A DNA stretch of 64,000 nucleotides from Candidatus Aenigmatarchaeota archaeon (GTDB lineage Archaea > Aenigmatarchaeota > Aenigmatarchaeia > CG10238-14 > SpSt-28). Below, piece by piece: positions 59,184 through 64,000 of the stretch; within the stretch, counting starts at the first letter, position 1, and every line of letters starts with the position of its first letter. The stretch lies in assembly GCA_038733315.1 (NCBI GenBank), contig JAVYPJ010000002.1, positions 1 to 64,000 on the forward strand, read 5' to 3'. The notes beneath the pieces were generated by a model. The model worked only from the letters and a program-made list of their open reading frames with translations, made no database searches and had not been told where the DNA came from. A program made the translations under genes and the position numbers.

Positions 59184-59239
59184 CTCTCAGTACTTAAGGA
59201 TTATTTCATTTTTCGTTCTGCCCATCATACATCATAGAG
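59184..59239 (-). ncRNA. Box C/D guide sRNA 2 (degenerate internal boxes)
   Basis: ctct-ATGATGT-ATGATGGGCAGA-ACGA-aaa-ATGAAAT-AATCCTTAAGTA-CTGA-gag; terminal CTC/GAG stem; same spacing as sRNA 1. Confidence 0.65.
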
Positions 59240-59305
59240 TTTAGCGCAGTTTTTCTTATAATTATAGTTTAACGATAGATAATAAAAATAAGATTTATTT
59301 TTATT

Positions 59306-62300
59306 ATGGCAGTGCAAAGGAATATAGTTAAATATCTCTTTTTTTTACTATTATTTTTTTCAGTTTTAAATTTAGAAACTTCAAGCTCAGCGTATTTGAT
59401 TTCTAAGAATAAATTGGACGAAATATTAAATAGCAATTGCTTTTTGTTCGATGTTTACTCAGAATTAAAAATAAAATGCTACTTTGATTTGATTTGTTCA
59501 GTAGAAGAACCAATAAAAGGATTTGAAAATTATTTTCTTAAGGACGAAAAAATTTTTAGGCTTCTTAGATTAGATGGGTTAAGAATTATAGATGCCTATA
59601 ATGCTTGGAATAGTGGATTGGACTTTTATTTATTTGGAGATAGTTCTAAGGTTGGAATTATAGATAGTGGAATAGATATAAATCATAAAGACTTTGATTT
59701 ATCTAAGTATAAATGTTTTTACTCAATTAATGGAGAGGTCAAAGAAAACATATGGAGTTATTGTAACGATTCAGATGGTCATGGAACTCATGTTGCCGGA
59801 ATAGTCGCTGGTAAATACGATAAGAATATTAGTAAATGTCTCAGTAATTATCCATGTGGAGTAGCTCCAAACGCAACACTATTCATTGCAAGAGTTTTTA
59901 GCGGTCCTACAGCAAATCTTTTGGATATTTTAAATGCATTAGATTGGATAGTTAAAAATAACGTAAGTATTGTTTCGATGAGTTTTGGAGCAGATTTGTC
60001 AATGTTAAGATTAAACTCTTGTTATCCGCTCGGAAATTCTTCTGAAGAGGTTACTATCCTTTTATTTAGTACGTTAATGGATTTTTTAGCTATTAAAAAT
60101 AACTTAATTTTAATAGCCGCAGCCGGAAATAATCCAAATTCTATCTCAACTCCTGCATGTGCTAAAAGCGTAATAGCTGTTGGAGCAATAGATAAAAATA
60201 GGAATTTAGCCTTTTTCAGTTCTAGAGGTCCTATAGATAATAGAACAAAGCCAGATATAGTAGCGCCAGGAGTTTCAATAAATTCAACATATCCACAAAA
60301 TACGTATTCAATAGCTAGCGGAACTTCTATGGCTACTCCTTTTGTAAGCGGTGCAATTGCTCTTTTATTAGATATGTTCAATAAAGAAAATACTACTGTA
60401 ACATCTCAAGAGATTAAAGCTATATTGTTAACCTCTGCTAACGAACCCACTAGAAACAATACTTTTGGAAGCGGAATTTTAAACGTTAGCGAAATGATAA
60501 GAATAAGAAATAATTTTTTAACCATAGATGTTGAAGATGGAGAAGTATTAAGATTTAAGGTCAATAAAACAGATAGTTATCCGTTTAAGTTTACTATTTA
60601 TAGGCATGAAACTTTTTTAGATTCTACAAAATATAAAGTCAAAATAATTAAAGATGGAGCTATAATTTTCGAGGGAGAATCAATTTTTGATAACGTATTT
60701 CAATACAAAAACGATACTTTAAATGGAGATTTCGAAATAGAAGTAAAAATAAACCATAATAGTACAATGGTTGATAATAAATTTACATTTGCCTTTTCTC
60801 ATAGAATCCAAAACCTATCAAAATTCTTAGAAGAAAATTTAAACAATTCTATTCAGCCAATGCTTAACGTAACAATAGACCCTTCAATAGAATTTGGGCT
60901 AAACCCAATTAATAGAAGAATTGGAATTTTTATTAGCGATTTTGCTGGAATGCCAATTGCAGCAGATATAATTAATGTTTCTATAGTAAATTCTTCCGGA
61001 AGTATAATACACTCTTCTTTACATTTCAATAAAAGTTCTATATATCTAGAAATTCCTTCTGACTTAACAGAGTTTAATTATACTTTATATGTTGTTGCTG
61101 AAAATGGGAAAAGATTTGGTGTAGTTTCTAAAAATTTTACATATACACCTTTCTACCTAATTTCTCCTAATAAAATTTTGAAACTAATGAATGGTGACTT
61201 GTTAAATATAACAATTAAGTTTGATGATAGCATTAATAACATAAATGAAGCGTTTTTATACTTAGAAGGAAATAAAGACGAAAAACTTGATATAAGCTTT
61301 TCTTTTAATGATAATATAGCTTATAATATTACTAACATTAATCTAAACCAAAAAGGAAAATATTTCTTATTTTTAAATGTCTCCCTTGATGGAAATCCTA
61401 TAGAATTCGAAATACCAATACTCGAATTTTCCCCCATATTTGATTATGAAATTTCTTATCCAAGATACATGTTTGCCGATAAAGAATACACTATTAATAT
61501 AGACATATTTCACATTAATGGCTCTAGAGTTAACATAGAAAAAACAATATGCATAGAAAATGATACAAATAAAATATTTTGCAATTCTTCGCTTAGTAAC
61601 AATATAAAGATGTTTACTAATATATCGGTTAGCGGAGATTATAACCTTAATATAAGTGCTATAGATAACAATGGAAACTTTCTTAATGAAAAAATTCCAA
61701 TAACAATAAATTTTATTCCAGATAGGATTATTATTAATAAACAAAAGGAAAAATTCACAATTTTAGAACCTCTAGATGTTAGCGCAGAAATTATAAATTC
61801 TACAAAGAATTCTCAATGCAGTTTTTGCACAGTTTTTGTTAACATGACAAAAGATGGAAAAATAATATTCTCTAGAAAGAGTTTTGAAGATTTTAAAAAC
61901 TTTGTTATTCCTAAGGATTTCGAAAGCGGAAAATATAAACTTACTTTTTTTGCACAAATAAACTCTACAATTTTAAACGAAACAGAAATTGAGATAGAAA
62001 CTTTGGAAATATTAACAAACGTTTCTGAAAAAGTCTTTCCAAACTATTATGATGTTTACATAAACATTTCTGTAAATACTACTTCTAACGTTAGTATAAG
62101 TATTTCAAGAATTAATATTAGTGAAGAAAGTATTCAACTAAATCCAAGTAGCGATATAGAAACTATTTCTGGATGCGAAAATAAGAGCATAGATGAAACT
62201 AATAAAATTCTATGGTGCAATTCTACAAGCGATATAATACTAAAAATAAATTCAAGCGAAACATCTACTTTTTTCATAGAGATAATAGCTTATGGGGATA

Positions 62301-64000
62301 ATATAAATGGTTATCTTCTCGATAAATTTTATTCCGGCTTTTTGATAAGGCCTCATATAAACTCTAAAAAGAAGAGTTGTGATGAAATATCCTTAGAGGA
62401 TACTTTGATTAATCCATACATAAAAAACAATTGTTTTGTAGACTCTAGAAATCAAAGAGATATGTCTATAAATAGAAACGAAAGAGTACTATTTTCAGCT
62501 ATTGCATATGCGGGGGCAACTCTAGATAAAATAATCTCAACAAATGTAACTATTAACGTTACTTATAACGGAATAACAAAATATTTAAATTCATCAAGTT
62601 TCGAAGATTTAATATTTTTTAATATAAGCAACTTTACGGATTTAGGAAAGTATGCTATAAATCTTACATATGTTTTTAAAGACAATGAAATAGAGATTTC
62701 TAAACAAGAGCTTTATGAAATAAACGTTTATGATATAAACTATTCAATTACTATTCCAAAAAATTATACAAAAATATTTGGAATTTTATCTTTTATTAGT
62801 CAAATAAACAGGACAAATGGAATATCGGAGGAAAAAATAAGAAATATAACTCGTATAAGCCCAGAAACACCAAGTGTTAAAATAGCAAGTTATAATCTTA
62901 ACACAACATCCTCTGAATTAATCTTTAATGTAACTTTTGAAAAATCTTTTAATGGAGATGTAAAAATTAAAGTAGAGGATGAGCTAGGTATCGAAAAGGA
63001 TATTATCATCAAAAATATTACAGCATACGATTTAGACCTATCTGTTTCATATTTAGATACAATATTTAAAGGTTCATCATTCCAAGTATCAGCATCTTCT
63101 AAGTTATTGCCTTTTGAAATTCCGATAGCTGCGAATTATTCTATACAATATAGCGGAGGATGTGAATTACTTACATCTAAAATTTTATTAAATAGAGAAA
63201 AAGCTCTGTTTTTGTTTAATGCTACAGAAATAGGTAGTTGTGAAATAAGTATTTATGCCAATGCGACATATTTAGATTTATTTTTTGAAAAAAGCATATC
63301 TTTATCATCTATAACAATATTGCCAAGCCAAAAAACTGGAGGAGATTCTATTCCACCAACGCAAAAGGCTAGCTTAATTGTTAGGAAGAGCTCAGATAGC
63401 ATTATAATTGGAGAAAGGGGGTGGAATACTACTATTGTTTTTGTAAAATCGATAGGGAGGGATCAAACAGTTTGGGCAGAGGTTTTGAACTATCCAAAAA
63501 ATCTTGTAAAAATAATTCCGGAAAGTAAATTAATAAAAGATGGTGATGAAGAACCGTTTATTTTTAACATTTCGATTTCTCCAAATGAAAATAGGAGCGA
63601 GTTTGAAATAGAGCTGCAATTTAATAGTGCATATGCTAAGAATCAAACAAAAATAAAACTCATAGTTTTAAAGAAGGCTAAGGAAGAGGATAAAACATTA
63701 GAAAAAGAAATAAGCGATTTAGAGAGTGAAGTAGCAAAATTAGAAAGTGAAGCATCTAAATTAAATAGAGAAGATCTTTTAGAAAAACTATTGAATGCAA
63801 GAAGGTTAATTAGCGATGCTAGGGAAGAACTTAATAAAGGAAATATAGATTCGGCACTATCTAAATTAGGGGAAGTAAGAAATATAATAAATTCTGTAAA
63901 AGACGAGTTAGCTGCTAAAGAGGCAGAGAAAAAAACAGGCGGCTGGAATTTTATAATTGTGCTATTAATAATAGGTATATTAGTAGTTGTTGGCGCGGTT
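59306..64000 (+). CDS. Giant membrane-anchored subtilisin-like (S8) serine protease, partial (>1565 aa)
   Basis: Not in the ORF track. Signal peptide; catalytic IIDSG, HGTHVAG, AAAGN and SGTSMATP; long Ig-like stalk, coiled coil, and a TM helix (FIIVLLIIGILVVVGAV) at the window end. Confidence 0.9.
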   Translation, partial: MAVQRNIVKYLFFLLLFFSVLNLETSSSAYLISKNKLDEILNSNCFLFDVYSELKIKCYFDLICSVEEPIKGFENYFLKDEKIFRLLRLDGLRIIDAYNAWNSGLDFYLFGDSSKVGIIDSGIDINHKDFDLSKYKCFYSINGEVKENIWSYCNDSDGHGTHVAGIVAGKYDKNISKCLSNYPCGVAPNATLFIARVFSGPTANLLDILNALDWIVKNNVSIVSMSFGADLSMLRLNSCYPLGNSSEEVTILLFSTLMDFLAIKNNLILIAAAGNNPNSISTPACAKSVIAVGAIDKNRNLAFFSSRGPIDNRTKPDIVAPGVSINSTYPQNTYSIASGTSMATPFVSGAIALLLDMFNKENTTVTSQEIKAILLTSANEPTRNNTFGSGILNVSEMIRIRNNFLTIDVEDGEVLRFKVNKTDSYPFKFTIYRHETFLDSTKYKVKIIKDGAIIFEGESIFDNVFQYKNDTLNGDFEIEVKINHNSTMVDNKFTFAFSHRIQNLSKFLEENLNNSIQPMLNVTIDPSIEFGLNPINRRIGIFISDFAGMPIAADIINVSIVNSSGSIIHSSLHFNKSSIYLEIPSDLTEFNYTLYVVAENGKRFGVVSKNFTYTPFYLISPNKILKLMNGDLLNITIKFDDSINNINEAFLYLEGNKDEKLDISFSFNDNIAYNITNINLNQKGKYFLFLNVSLDGNPIEFEIPILEFSPIFDYEISYPRYMFADKEYTINIDIFHINGSRVNIEKTICIENDTNKIFCNSSLSNNIKMFTNISVSGDYNLNISAIDNNGNFLNEKIPITINFIPDRIIINKQKEKFTILEPLDVSAEIINSTKNSQCSFCTVFVNMTKDGKIIFSRKSFEDFKNFVIPKDFESGKYKLTFFAQINSTILNETEIEIETLEILTNVSEKVFPNYYDVYINISVNTTSNVSISISRINISEESIQLNPSSDIETISGCENKSIDETNKILWCNSTSDIILKINSSETSTFFIEIIAYGDNINGYLLDKFYSGFLIRPHINSKKKSCDEISLEDTLINPYIKNNCFVDSRNQRDMSINRNERVLFSAIAYAGATLDKIISTNVTINVTYNGITKYLNSSSFEDLIFFNISNFTDLGKYAINLTYVFKDNEIEISKQELYEINVYDINYSITIPKNYTKIFGILSFISQINRTNGISEEKIRNITRISPETPSVKIASYNLNTTSSELIFNVTFEKSFNGDVKIKVEDELGIEKDIIIKNITAYDLDLSVSYLDTIFKGSSFQVSASSKLLPFEIPIAANYSIQYSGGCELLTSKILLNREKALFLFNATEIGSCEISIYANATYLDLFFEKSISLSSITILPSQKTGGDSIPPTQKASLIVRKSSDSIIIGERGWNTTIVFVKSIGRDQTVWAEVLNYPKNLVKIIPESKLIKDGDEEPFIFNISISPNENRSEFEIELQFNSAYAKNQTKIKLIVLKKAKEEDKTLEKEISDLESEVAKLESEASKLNREDLLEKLLNARRLISDAREELNKGNIDSALSKLGEVRNIINSVKDELAAKEAEKKTGGWNFIIVLLIIGILVVVGAV

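Noticed and set aside
60022..61957. Minus-strand ORFs 60022-60381, 61373-61744 and 61772-61957
   Set aside because: They lie antisense to the giant S8 protease frame, which the track omitted because it lacks a stop codon in the window.
1..64000. Prophage, transposon or alternative genetic code
   Set aside because: No integrase, transposase, capsid or att duplication was recognised, and conserved genes translate full-length with the standard archaeal code.

Overview
This is a very AT-rich, densely packed archaeal chromosome segment. Archaeal ribosomal, RNA polymerase and translation genes, dispersed r-protein genes, an ARMAN-type three-unit tRNA splicing endonuclease and many giant surface proteins point to a DPANN lineage (Aenigmarchaeota-like is a guess). 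Housekeeping content: gltX, class II lysS, valS, glyS, rpl2, rpl4, rpl40e, rps24e, rps27ae, rpoE', spt4, EF-1beta, aIF2alpha, nop10, Rpp21, nth, dut, dcd, aldolase and a ROK kinase. Non-coding genes absent from the ORF track: a compact RNase P RNA (~13315-13570), tRNA-Thr(CGT), tRNA-Arg(CCT), an intron-containing tRNA-Tyr(GTA) and two tandem box C/D sRNAs (59116-59239). Much of the window encodes surface machinery: a type IV pilus locus (pilin-like genes divergent from CBS-wHTH, ATPase and two TadC-like genes), a separate pilin, a pilin-tipped DUF2341 protein with one domain nested inside another, a putative non-type-IV fibre operon, and three giant membrane or secreted proteins (>1192 aa, 1924 aa, and a >1565 aa subtilase). 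There is also a PRC-barrel/PqqD/KaiC operon converging on a second KaiC. No CRISPR array, rRNA, integrase or transposase was seen. All assignments come from motif recognition by eye, with no database searches.
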